This document shows, in pieces, positions 1 through 11,861 of a stretch of 64,000 nucleotides of DNA (the stretch's first letter is position 1; each line of letters starts with the position of its first letter). The notes under the pieces are model-generated. The model was given only the letters and a program-made list of their open reading frames with translations. It made no database searches and had not been told where the DNA came from. The stretch comes from Cetorhinus maximus (Eukaryota). The DNA lies in assembly GCF_964194155.1 (NCBI RefSeq), contig NC_135896.1, forward strand, positions 40,610,001 through 40,674,000, written 5' to 3'. A program made the position numbers and the translations under genes.

Positions 1-387
1 TTAGGAAACCTCATCTACAGGTGGGTTGAGGTTTCTCACAGCAATAAAGTTAAATAAAAAATTTTAATTTCATTCATAACATGTCCCTGCTCTGTGACAG
101 AGTCACATGAGAGGACATGTTTTTAACAGTGATAAATTTTTTTATTTGTGTTTTAAAATCTTTCATTGTGGCCACTTGTGCGCGTGTGTGAACGTCTGTG
201 TTTGCCTTGCTCCCGCCCCCACCCTGGCAGTTGCCAGCATTGTAGCATGTGTTTCATGCTGGCTGGCGGTTAATTGGCCAGCCAGTGTGAAATCAATATT
301 TGGGGCCCGATTGCGGGTGGCGGTCAGCTTCATGAGCGCTCCCAGGCCCGCCCACCGTGCCCGCCCGACAAGGTAAAAATCCTGCCC
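1..387 (+). mobile_element. Right part of a Harbinger-type MITE, cut by the window edge
   Basis: Colinear with the right half of the MITE at 33762-34330 (aacatgtcc..gtgacaga..cacatgag; ccagtgtgaaatc; ggcggtcagctt; cccgacaagg). Ends in TIR aaaatcctgccc. Confidence 0.75.
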
Positions 388-544
388 TCTGAGTTTTTGG
401 AAAAAGCCCGATCAGAGTCTATTTTCTTCTGGGTACTAGAGGTATATGTACAGCATTGGCTGTTCTGGTGAGAAACTTAAACATTTAAATTAATGGTACA
501 GCCTGTGGAGTAATGGGGCTTGATAATTCACGCATTCCTCCCAT

Positions 545-632
545 CCCGGTCATAACACTATGTCCCCAGAGCTTTAGCCTGGGACTCTGGATTGCTAGTC
601 CAGTGACATTACCATTACGCTACCGTCTCCCG
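545..632 (-). mobile_element. tRNA-derived SINE 5' head fragment
   Basis: Minus strand reads ggtagcgtaatggtaatgtcactggactagcaatccagag (A-box-like). Same family as 26817-26937. Confidence 0.6.
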
Positions 633-2481
633 CAAATGATCATCTTGCTCCATATATGAGGTTAAATCTGAAGCAGTCATGGCGCCACTCAACCTTACCT
701 TGTGATTCTTAATTTAAGAGACCACAAATAAGCATCTCGCTACAAGTACTCTCAACATACCCTTTCCTCGTGGGGTTTAAGAAAGCTGTTGTAAACGCAG
801 AATTTACTGATCTCCAGTATTTATGACTTAATTAGCTCCATGAATTGCCATACAATCTTCTTGCCTTCCTTTCAATGGTGAGTTACTGGAGACTCAGGAA
901 ACTGTGTGTAAAGGTGTTAAATTTAAATGCTGGTCAAAATCTCATCAAAATTGGCTGATTTAAATATTATAATTGATAACCTGCTTCTCTGAAGGGCACA
1001 GCCATCGAAGCACTCATTAGTCAAAAGACAACACGTTGGAGCTGGTGTCTGGACGCCCTGGCATTTTCCCTGATTTTAGGAATCCTCATGAACTCTAACC
1101 CAGGTGCTCTTTACTATTAAAATTCCCCATTTTTTTCAATTGTTTCAAGACTGCTTATATCTGTAGCAACCAACTCTGAGCTGTGTGTGAATGGAATATG
1201 GAAGGCCCATAGAGGAGAATTAATGCTCAGCACCAATGACTGAGACATAAATATTGATGTTTTCATTCACTTATATTGCCACAATTTGAGTTTAATTTAG
1301 TTCATTTCACTAGCTGTTCAGTACAAGAACTTGTTTGCTTGGTACCTTGAAGATAGGTTAGTTTGAGCAATAGGTAATTAGGTGGTTAGCAAAGAGGTGT
1401 GATAAACTGATCTCTGATTGACTGGGTTATTTTCTGTGGGTGATTGTGTAAATTAAGACAATATAATTTTAAACTGAGTAGCAAAGGGTCAGTCTTGCGT
1501 GATGAGAAGCCAGTGGAGTGTGAAATGCCAGAAGAGTGTAGTTTAGCTGCAGTGAGAGTTCAGATTTAAGGTTGGACAGGGTTCAGCCTCATTTTATGAT
1601 GTCACTGGGACCTGAGTAGAATTTTAACTAGGTTGCCTGAGCAGGAAGTGCATTCAGCATCCACCAGACCTAACCAGGAGTAAAGAGGACTGCGGCTAGA
1701 AAAGGCCAAAATAGACACACTTTTAAATAACTTTCCTTATGGGACCAGTTGCAGCAAGAACAGGAGAAAGCTTAGATCTCTCTTGCCGTGATCTTGCACA
1801 CCCACCTCCCCCCACCAATTTCCCCCTGCCCCTGATCATTTTAGTTTTGTAGGATAGCCCAGTAGCTCATCTTAATACTTCTCTACTGCTGGTGGGTGGT
1901 CTCTGGGCCATCCAATTTTCCTAACAACTACATGATTGGAGTGGGTGGGAAGTCAGGTGGTGGGATTTAAGTGAGGTCGATCCTTTAAAATCAGCTAGGT
2001 CTCATCTTGCCATGGGCAGGTAGGGAATTAACTTGCTAGTATGGTTTTGTGGCACAAACCATCCAAAACAAAATCAGAGTTAGCAGCATTAACACCTATG
2101 GAATAATATCTTATAGTAGCGATAATGGACACATGATTTGGACAGGACTGGGAGCTTGAGGAGAAGCTAGATCCCCTCATCCAGCAGAAACTGGGAGGAA
2201 TGGAAGTTAAAATTCAGAGAGTCACTTATTGCTTATCTTGGTGGCCATTTTAACACCAATACTTTCCAGGGTGGTTGAAGCTTCCACCTGGCTTATGCAG
2301 AAGGACAAATGCCATTAGAACCCCAAAGGAATTCTGATTGCCTCCTGAATGGCTCATATGATCTGTTCAGCAATCGCTGGCGGACACCTACTGGAGGTCT
2401 GATGAGGTAATTTCAAAACTTAAAAAGTGTGAAGCTTAAACATATTGGGGAAATGGACAGTTAGATGGAAAATGGAACTTA

Positions 2482-3746
2482 GCGTGGAATCATCCCAGAT
2501 AAATGCGGTAGCGAGCGGGAAAAAGAACATTTTACCCGCCGGCCACAATGGAGGCTTTTCACACTGTATCATCCCAATCCTGCCTCATTAATCATGCATT
2601 CCTGGGAAACATGCCATTTCGATGGCGGGCGGCTCTCATTCTCCCGCCACGCCGTCACCTCACCACTTCCTCATACCAGGCCCCACATGTGAAGCGCAGC
2701 CACATGCAAACCGCTCAGTGCATCCAGCCCAAGGTTGCTACACAGGAGACATAGTCCCAAAAGATAAAAAGACTGCAGCCCCCTGATTCAGTGACACGTC
2801 CCTGGGACGCCTCCTGGACACCATTGGAGCCGACTGTGATATCCTTTACCCCAGCTGTGGCCGCAGAAGCCCATCAGGGTCATCAATCTGGCTTGGGAGG
2901 AGGTGGCAAAGGTTGTCAGTGCCAATGCTGCACAGAAGAGGTTGGCCATCCAGTGCAGAAAACAGGTGAATGATCTCATCCGTGCCGCCAGGGTAAGACA
3001 ACCATCTCATCACTCTAAACTCAACACTCACAAGCCCATCATACATTCACTGGCAACTCACTCACTGCCAGCTCAAGGGACATCACTACTCACTCTCTCA
3101 CACACACCCTCACATCTCCATCTGGCTTCATCTCCTCTGGAGACTGCCTCCTCAGCCCTCACCATCTTGAGGCCACTTGCAACAGAACATGTGCCCCCAC
3201 ACACACCCTGGGTTACCCCCTTCCCCAGTACAGCCCTTGCCCTGCAGCCTCTTCAATTGTCTAAGGCCATTTCCCCACTTCTCCAAGCAAGCCCTAGCAC
3301 TGCAGTTGTTGGAAAGCTACTCCCACCTTATGGCTGGTCTTGTAGATAGAGACCTGCCTGTGAATCCCCCTAAAAGTGACGTGGCGCTACTTGCAAAGCC
3401 TGGCGCTGATGACCACGAGTGTTGCCTGAAGCAAGGTAGGCAAACAAACCTCGAAGTCCCAAGTGAAGTGCAGCTCGCCAGGTGCATGTCACTCGTGTTT
3501 AGTCATGAGACAGATCGACGTGCTCGGATGATCCAGCGTGGGGGGGATGATTCCGGATAGCTGGGCTTATAATGATATGCAGATGCATTACAACGAAATT
3601 CCCGACATGCGGCGGCGGGAAACACGACCTGCCATTGACGGGCAGAGCTGGTGATTGCAAACTGGCTTCACAGCATTGTGGAACCGAATTTTGGCCTTCC
3701 TGCCCGCCATGACACTTGATGCCAGTGGGCACAGAAAATTCCGCCC
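2482..3746 (+). mobile_element. Non-autonomous Harbinger derivative retaining Myb/SANT exon 1
   Basis: Ends gcgtggaat / aattccgccc with a perfect TTA TSD (2479-81, 3747-49). Contains VSANAAQKRLAIQCRKQVNDLIRAAR followed by a gtaag donor. Confidence 0.9.
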
Positions 3747-3989
3747 TTAATGTGGGTGAGAAATGTTACACCTTGCATGGAAAAGCTCGGAATAAGAGTC
3801 CACACTCAACGAAAAGATGCTGAAGGATTGAATGCACTGTGACCCATGAGTTCATATGCACATTTCTGTAAAAGTGAGTGCAGACACATCAAGCCATTGA
3901 ATGGATTTTAAAATGGGCCCAGAATACACGAGTAAAGGAGTAATGATAAACTTGTATAAAACATTGGTTAGGCCATCGTTGCCACTGTC

Positions 3990-4600
3990 TTCAGCTCCTG
4001 TAAACTTTGTAACTTTGCTACCAACTCCATTTCCCTCCCTGGGCATCTGTTTCTAAAGCCCTCGACCATGTCTTCATCACCTCCAGATTCTTCTCATAGC
4101 AATATTCTCCCGACTAGCCTCCCATCCTCCACTCTCTGTAAGCTTTAGCTCACCCAAAATTGCCAATATTCCATCCCCCCTCAAAGTTCCACTTGCCCAT
4201 TGCCCCTGTCCTTGCCTAGGTTACTGGATTCCCAACACCACAAATTTAAATTTCTCATATTTGAATCCTTTCATAGTCTTAGCCCTCCTTATCTCTCATT
4301 TTCTCCAGCCCTACAGCCTGATCCCTTTAACTCTCCATTCTTCCAACTCTGGAGACTTGTAAACCACCCCCCACACTCATGCATTCACCCCACCATTTGT
4401 GGTAAAACCTTTAGCTGTCTAGGCTCCATGATCTGGGATTTTCTCCTTAAACCCCCCTACCTCCTCCCTTTCTTAAAATGCATATTTTTGGCCATCTTTT
4501 CTAATACCTCCTTTTTAGCCTCAGAGCCCATTTTCAAGGTGAAACCTTATAGCACTTTAGATGTTTTTTTGTCTCCATATAAATGCAAGGTGTTTCTGTT
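3990..4600 (+). mobile_element. Degraded L2-like LINE 3' fragment
   Basis: Shares motifs (caccatt..gg..accttagctgtctaggc..ctggga) with the LINE fragments at 45403-46205 and 60600-61050. Confidence 0.55.
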
Positions 4601-4639
4601 GTTTTGGGGGGCTCATCATAGAAGAAAACATTAAAGCTT

Positions 4640-5590
4640 TAGATGATGTCTTACTGCAATTGAATAAAGCCTTGGTGAGACTACAACTGGAGTATTGCAT
4701 GCAGTTTTGGTATCCCTACCTAAGGAAAGATATACTTGCCATATAGGGAGTGCAGCGAAGGTTCACTAGGCTAATTCTTAGAATGGAGGGATTGTCCTAT
4801 GTGGAAAGATTAAATAGACTGGGCATTTATTCTCTGGAGTTTAGAAGAATGAGAGGTGATCTCATTCAAACGTATAAAATTCTTACAGGGTTCCACAGAG
4901 TAGATGCAGGTAGGATGTTTCCCCTGCCTCGGGCGGGGAGGGCGGGGGGGAGAAGGGGGAGAGGTCTAGAACCAGGGGACACCGTCTCAGAATAAGGGGC
5001 AGGCCATTTAGGACTGAGATGAGCAGGAATTTCTTCATTCAGAGGGGTGGTGAATCTTTGGAATTCTCTGTCCCAGAGGGCTGTGGAGGCTCAGTTGTTG
5101 AGTATGTTCAAGACTGAAATTGATAGGTTTCTACATATTAAAAACATCAAGGGACATAGAACCAGGGGACATAGATTCAAGATAAGTGGCAGAAGGTGTA
5201 GGGGGGACATGAGGAAGAAATTTTTTACGCAGAGGGTAGTGGGTGTCTGGAACTCGCTGCCCAAGTTGGCGGTAGAGGCAGAAACTTTAAACTCTTTTAA
5301 AATGTACCTGGATCTGCACCTTAAGTGCTGTAAGCTGCAGGGCTATGGGCCGGGTGCAGGAAGGTGGGATTAGAAAGGGCACCTGGGTGTCCTCGGGCTG
5401 GTATGGACAAGATGGGCCAAATGGCCTCCTTCTGTGCTGCAACTTTTATATGGTTCAATGGATAAGGGGATAGTGCAGGAAAATGGTATTGATGTAGAGG
5501 ATCAGCCATGATCTTGTTGAATGGTGGAGCGGGCTCGAAGGGCTTAATGGCCTACTCCTGCTCCTATTTTTTATGTTCTTATGTAATATG
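4640..5590 (+). mobile_element. CR1 LINE 3' fragment (end of ORF2 plus 3' UTR)
   Basis: Translates as KALVRLQLEYCMQFW.PYLRKDILAI..VQRRFTRLI..MEGLSY.ERL.RLG..SLEFRRMRGDLI, a CR1 ORF2 C-terminus. 3' UTR ends ggcctactcctgctcctatttttatgttcttatg. Confidence 0.9.
5153..5457 (+). mobile_element. Second CR1-family 3' fragment nested in the previous CR1
   Basis: A second RTRGHRFKI..RGDMRKKFFTQRVVGVWNSLP motif with its own 3' UTR (ggcctccttctgtgctgc) interrupts the host CR1, which resumes at gggatagtgcagg. Confidence 0.75.
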
Positions 5591-6030
5591 TACAGCATGG
5601 ATTCACCAGAATGTCCCAGGAATGGGCAAATTAGATATGAGGAGGGACTTGAGATGATGGGACTATTTTCACTGGAGTACAAATGTTAAAAGATTTAAGT
5701 TCTAAAGGGTTTTGATAGTGAATAGAGAAAACTATTTTCTTTGCCTGGCAAGCCAGTGATGAGGAGAAATTAGTTAAACTTATCACCTAATGTGAGGGAA
5801 AAGGTTAGGACAATTTTATTAATGCAAAGGATTGTTGTAGGCTGGAATGCTTTGCCACAGGAATTGGTTGAGGCTAAGATCTTTGCTCAAGAGAAAAATT
5901 AGATAGATTTTTGAAGCAAAGGAAGGTGCAGAGTTTTGGGGAGAGCACAGGGCTGTGGGGCTGGTTTTGGATTGCTTAAGGAAAGTGTCAGTGTGGGTGT
6001 GAAGGACCCAGTGGCCTCTGTGCTATAAAA
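5590..6030 (+). mobile_element. Older, degraded CR1 3' fragment
   Basis: Degenerate RFTRM.P / F.QR.V..WNALP motifs and a 3' UTR ending cagtggcctctgtgctat. Confidence 0.55.
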
Positions 6031-6109
6031 TGTAATGGTGCCAATTCCACATAAACTAACTCTTCTAGGCCGACGTACATCTCTACTAGTCAGTTACCAT
6101 TCTGTAACT

Positions 6110-6481
6110 TCCTCTCTCCTCACCGTCCAAGGGCCCAAACACTCCTTTCAAGTGAAGCAGCATTTCACTTGCATTTCCCCTAACTTAGTCTACTGCATTC
6201 GTTGCTCCCAATGCGGTCTCCTCTACATTGGAGAGACCAAACGCAAACTGGGCGACCGTTTTGCGGAACACCTGCGGTCTGTCCGCAAGAAAGACCCAAA
6301 CCTCCCTGTCGCTTGCCATTTTAACACTCCACCCTGTTCTCTTGCCAACATGTCTGTCCTTGGCTTGCTGCATTGTTCCAGTGAAGCCCAACGCAAACTG
6401 GAGGAACAGCACCTCATCTTCCGACTAGGCACTTTACAGCCCTCCGGGCTGAATATTGAATTCAACAACTTTAGATCTTAA
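6110..6481 (+). pseudogene. Penelope GIY-YIG endonuclease C-terminal fragment (open frame)
   Basis: FTCISPNLVYCIRCSQCGLLYIGETKRKLGDRFAEH...VACHFN...RKLEEQHLIFRLGTLQPSGLN matches the PLE GIY-YIG signature. Confidence 0.92.
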
Positions 6482-6852
6482 ACTCCCCCTCCCCCCATCC
6501 CCACCCCGTTTCTTTCCCCCCCCCCCCCCGCTTTTTTTTTCCAATAATTTATATAGATTCTTCTTTCCCCACCTATTTCCATTATTTTTAAATCTAAAAC
6601 TAAAACCTTTAGTCTGTCCACCCCACCCCCACTAGAGCTGTACTTTGAATATCCTGTCTTCCATTCTTAATTAGCACTTTTCTCAGACAAAGACCACCAC
6701 CTTCAACACCTCTTTGACCCTTTTGTCTGTGACATCTTTTGATTATCTGCTCATCTCCACAATCATCACACCACACCCTCAATGTGTCTCTTCCCCCACC
6801 CCCCCACCCACCTTAAACCAATTTATATTTCTCCTTTCTCCTAACTATGCTC

Positions 6853-6893
6853 CAGTTCTGCCGAAGGGGCATGAAGGCTCGAAACGTTAACTG
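6853..6893 (+). ncRNA. Minimal type I hammerhead-ribozyme-like motif (variant core)
   Basis: cagtt-CTGCCGA-aggggc atgaag gctc-GAAA-cg-TT-aactg. Stem I cagtt/aactg pairs perfectly and stem III is the palindrome ACGT. Core position 6 is C rather than A. Confidence 0.6.
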
Positions 6894-7029
6894 ATTTCTT
6901 CTCCACCGATGCTGCCAGACTTGCTGAGTTTTTCCAGGTAATTCTGTTTTTGTTTACCATTCTGTGGGCTGTGCCAGCACCTTTTGCTGTTCATGTAGTT
7001 TCTACTGCACCAGTATTCAAAGAAGAAAG

Positions 7030-7232
7030 AAAGACTTGAGAGTTTATATAACATCAATAAATCCCAAAGCACTAAATAATCAATGATGTACTTTTGAAAT
7101 TTAGTCACAGTTGCAACGTAGGAAACACAAAAGCCAATTTGTGTACAGCAAAGTCCCACAAGCACAATGTGGGAATGATCAGACCACCTACATTTGGTGA
7201 TGTTGATTGAGGGGTAACGTTGGCCAGGACAC
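7030..7232 (-). mobile_element. SINE 3' fragment (Deu-domain/SacSINE1-like)
   Basis: Colinear with 41100-41310 (cccaaagcact..aatga..tgtag.aaa..gc..ccaat.tgtg..cagcaa..ccac..cagcaatg..tgatg..ttggccag.acac). Confidence 0.6.
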
Positions 7233-7931
7233 ACTATGCCACTACACTATCTACACTGGCCAGTTCTTCCAAGCCCATAAAAATCAGCACCGTCGGCAAG
7301 TTCCTCTGAGGCCACCCACATTCTGATTCCTCTGAGTGTGCTTTTATTTACATCAGCCATTTCCTTTTAAGTCTGGCTGCATTCATCAGCACTGCTTCCT
7401 CAGGGACTGGCTGTATCCATTCCCTAATTGATGTTTGCATGACCTCCAGTTTACAAAAGCAAATTACTTTTTAAGAAAGTGTGACTTTGCCAGGAAAAGA
7501 AAAATTGCTAATACAAAAACAATCCAAAATATGGGAACCAGAAGGTAGGAAATAGCATAATGAGTGAAAGAGACATAAGTAAATGACCAAAAGCAAATGA
7601 AATGCCAAAGGCAAATGACTTGAGGAAACCTCCATTGGCTTAAAAAGAAACAAGACAAATTAGAAAGAAAAAATATTTACAAAACTTTGAAATGTATTCT
7701 TACTGTTTGAATTATTGAAAAGAATACAATTACTTTTAATCATATTTGAAACCCATCAATTTGCAAACTCATGGGGTTAAACACTTCAATGCACCACAAC
7801 ACAATGCTTACAAATAGTTACTTATATAACAGCAGTCATTTCTCTTCAAAAATAATTTACTGTGTGAAGCACTTTGAAATAATTCATTTAAGATAATCAA
7901 TATTCAGGTACTTTTAAAAATCAATTACTAT

Positions 7932-9218
7932 GGGTGGAAATGTCCCAGATTTGCACTAAGTGCAGTAGTGGACAGGAAAAAGGACGTATTACCCGTTGAC
8001 CACAATGGCGGGTTTTCACTCCGTATCATCCCAATCCCGCCTCATTAATCATGCATTCCTGGGAAACACGCCGCTTCGCTGGTGGGCAGCCTCCAATTCA
8101 CCTGCCACGCTGTCACCTCGCTACTTCCTCATGCCGGATGTCGTACTTAAAGTACAGCCGCAGGCACACCTCTCAGTGCTTCTGGCCCAGGACTGCTGCA
8201 CAGGAGACATGGCCCCAAAAGGCAAGATGACTGCAGACCCCTGATTCAGTGACACATCCCTAGGACGCCTTTTGGACACTGTTGGAGCCTGTCATGATGT
8301 TTTCTACCCCCGCTCTGGCCGCAGGAGGCCCATAAGTGATACCACTCTGACTTGGGAGGCGGTGGCAGCACAGAAGAGGTTCGCTATCCAGTGCAGAAAG
8401 TGGATGAACGATCTCATCCATGCCGCCAGGGTAAGGCAACCATCTCATCACTTTAAACTCACACATCACAAGCCCAGCACACATCCGCTGGCATCTCACT
8501 CACTGCCAGCTCAAGGGGCATCACCGCTCATTCTCTCGCACACACCCTCACATGTCCATCCGGTCTCATCTCCTCTGGAGACTGCCTCATCAGCCCTCAC
8601 CATCTTGAGGCTACTTGCACAGATCAACATGTGCCCCCACACAACCTGGGATACCACCCCCCCAACCCACCGCCGCCCCCCCCTCCTCGTACAGCCCTCA
8701 CCCTGCAGCCTCTTCCTTTGCCTGAGGCCACTTCTCCCCCTTCCCCAAGCAAGCCCTATCCCTGCAGCCATTGAAAAGCCACCCCCGCCTTATGGCTGGT
8801 CTGGTAGGTAGAAACCTGCCCGTGAGCCTCCCTAAAACCGACGTGGTGATGCCCTCAAAGCCTGGCGCTGATGACTGTGGGTACTGCCCAAAGCAAGGTA
8901 GGCAGACAAACCTCAAAGTCCCAAGGGAAGTGCAGCTCGCCAGGTGCGTGTCACTTATGTTCAGTTGTGAACACCTCGGCATGAGTGCATGCTTATATGC
9001 CCAGATGTTCCAGTGTGGGAGGGATGACCAAGCTGGGCTTATATGGATATGCAGATATATTACAATGAAGTTCCCGACGTGCTTTGGTGGGAAATGCGGC
9101 CCACCATTGACGGGCAGTGTGGACAATTGTCTTGAAACCGATTTTTGGACTTCCAGCCATATTGTCCGCTCACGCCCGCCATGAAGCCTGAGGCCAGCAG
9201 GCACGGAAAATTCCACCC
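7932..9218 (+). mobile_element. Non-autonomous Harbinger derivative (Myb exon 1)
   Basis: TIRs gggtggaa / aattccaccc with flanks tat/aat. Colinear with 2482-3746. Contains MAPKGK...QCRKWMNDLIHAAR then gtaagg. Confidence 0.9.
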
Positions 9219-9525
9219 AATGGAATTTGATTAATTTTAATATCCCTTAATTTAAGTCCATCCATTATAAACATTTGCAGTGTATTGACTTGAAGACGTT
9301 CATGAGACAGGCAAGCAGTGAAATTAATATTCTGGAAACATTGTCATAAGCTCTAACACTAATTGGCATCAACTGTGCATGTTAGTCCAACTCCCTCAAA
9401 GTATTAGGCTTAGAGTAATCTTCGGAAATACACACCTCCAGTGGTCTAATTAGCACTTGGCCATCAAGCAAAATTCTTCAGCAAAATATCATCTGAAATG
9501 GACAAAAATACTAATGTTAATGAAA

Positions 9526-10760
9526 GGGTGGAATCGTCCTATTGAATTGTGGTAGCGAGTGGGAAAGAAAGGATAAACCCACCGGCTGCAATGGTGGCTT
9601 TTCATGCTGTATCATCCTAGTCCCACCTGAGTAATCATGCATTCCTAGGAAACACGCTGTTTCGGTGGCAGGCAGGCTCTCATTTGCGTCACTTCGCTGC
9701 TCCCTCATGCCAAGTATCATATTTAAAGTGCAGCCGCGCGCACACCTCTCAGCGCCTCCAGCCCAGGGCTGCTGCACAGAAGACATGGCCCCGAAAGACA
9801 AGAAGACTGCTGCCCCCCGATTCAGTGATGCATCCCTGGAAGGCTTTTTGGATGCTGTGGAGGCCCACCGTAATGTCCTCTACCCCTGTTCTGGCCGCAG
9901 GATGTCCAGCAATCTCACCACTCCGGCTTGGTAGGCGATGGCAGTGGTGGTCAGTGCCAATGCTGCACAGAAGAGGTTGGCCATCCAATGCAGACAGAGG
10001 ATGAATGATCTCATCCATGCAGCCAGGGTATGGCAACCACCTCATCACTCTAAACTCAAACAATCAAGCCCATCACACATTCACAGGCATCTCACTCACT
10101 GCCAGCTCAAGGGACATCACCACTCACTGTCTCACACACCCTCACATCTCCATCTGGCCTCCATCTTGAGGCCACTTGCACAGATCAACATGTACCCCTA
10201 CACACACCTTGGGATACCACCCCCCCTCGTACAGCCCTCACCCTGCAGCCTCTTCCCTTGCTTGAGGCCACTTCTTCCCCCTTCCCCAAGCAAGCCCTAG
10301 CCCTGTAGCCATTGAAAAGCCAGCCCAACGTAATGGCTGGTCTGGTTGGTAGGCACCTGCCTGTGTGTCCCCTAAACGTGATGTGGTGCTGCATGTGAAG
10401 CCTGGCACTGATGACCACGAGTGCTGCCCGAAGCAAGGTAGGCAAACAAACCTCAAAGTCCCGAGTGAACTGCAGCTCGCCAGATGCACGTTGCTTATGT
10501 ACAGTTGTGAAACATGTTGGGTGCACGCCGACGTGTTCGGGTGATCCAGGCGAGCTGGGCATATAATGATATGCAGATGTATTAAAATGAAGTTCCCGAT
10601 GTCCGACAGCAGGAAACGTGGCCCGCCATTGACTGACGGGCAGAGCGGACGATTGCAAACTGGTTTCACAACCGTGAAACTGATATTTGGCCTTCTCACC
10701 GTATTGCCTGCTCACGCTGGCAAACACACCCTTCGCCAACGGGCATGGCAAATTCCATCC
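9526..10760 (+). mobile_element. Non-autonomous Harbinger derivative (Myb exon 1)
   Basis: TIRs gggtggaat / aattccatcc with flanks aaa/ata. Contains MAPKDKKTAAPRFSDASLEGFLDAVEAHRNVLYP...AW*AMAVVVSANAAQKRLAIQCRQRMNDL. Confidence 0.9.
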
Positions 10761-11861
10761 ATAATCTTTGTCACTTCTTCGAGATTTACTATTTAAATAA
10801 TGATTCTATAACATGAATTATACTAAAATATAATTTCTGTTCTCCCAGCAGATTACGTTGAATATTCCATTGTAAATGTTGGTAATATGGCATAATTTAA
10901 TTGTAAATACAGAGAAATAAAATACAGGTGCAGAGAGTATTGGAGTAGCCAGTCACACTGGCCCCTGAGGACGACCCAGAGCAATCCTATGGTCGCCATC
11001 ACACCCCAATTTGCAGCCACGTTACAGGACAAACATGGTTGCAATTCACAAGAAAATCAGAAACAGAAGGCTATCTCCAGGAGAGAACTTTTGAAGGGAG
11101 GGGTTTCTGAACCAGGGGTTAACTGTGATCCAAACACAATTGCAGACATGATTCAATAAATTTACAATTAGAAAATTGTATAAGAAGTGATCATTTAACA
11201 TTGAAAGTGGAATTATTAAAGCAAATCATTCATCTACCTAGTCAGTCATCATTCATTTTAACCTCAACATTCCGCAATCATGGAACCATTTGTATATGTG
11301 AAGTGTGATGCTGAGAATGGTGGTCTCATTAAATTACAGCATTTAAATCATCAAAATTCATTACAGTGACATCGTTCTGGTGCCAATAAAAGTAAAGAGA
11401 AACAGTAACATGCAGAAATCAAATGAACACCTTACAGGTAAAACTCGGGACTATTTTACATATGGAAATAAATACAGTCGAAGTATTATTGCTTAAGTAC
11501 TTATTTTAGTAATATTTTAGGTTATTTTAAGCCTTATTTTAGCTTTAGCATATCTGTTGCAAGCAGTGCTTTTGTAAAATTGCTCTTTAATTCATTGTGA
11601 GGTTTAAAGCTTAATTAATTTTTTATGGAACAATTCTCCTTGCTAGCCCATTGCAGAAATGAAGTGTTTATCTAATGAAAGGTGATGGAGGATGGAGCTT
11701 AAAAAAGCTGCGCTGATGAATAGAAGAGAAACCGATTTACCCTAGAATTGTTCAATAAATGAAAACAATGTCTCAAAGCAAGTAACTCATTGTGCTGCAG
11801 AAAGAACTCAAGACATATCCTTCTAGAATTAATGACACTTGTATTTTCATGGAACGATAGC

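Larger units (their letters stand above)
6106..6953 (+). mobile_element. 5'-truncated Penelope-like retroelement (GIY-YIG C-terminus plus 3' terminal repeat)
   Basis: 12-bp TSD ttaccattctgt (6094-6105, 6954-6965). Contains the GIY-YIG ORF end and a hammerhead-like motif near the 3' end. Confidence 0.92.
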
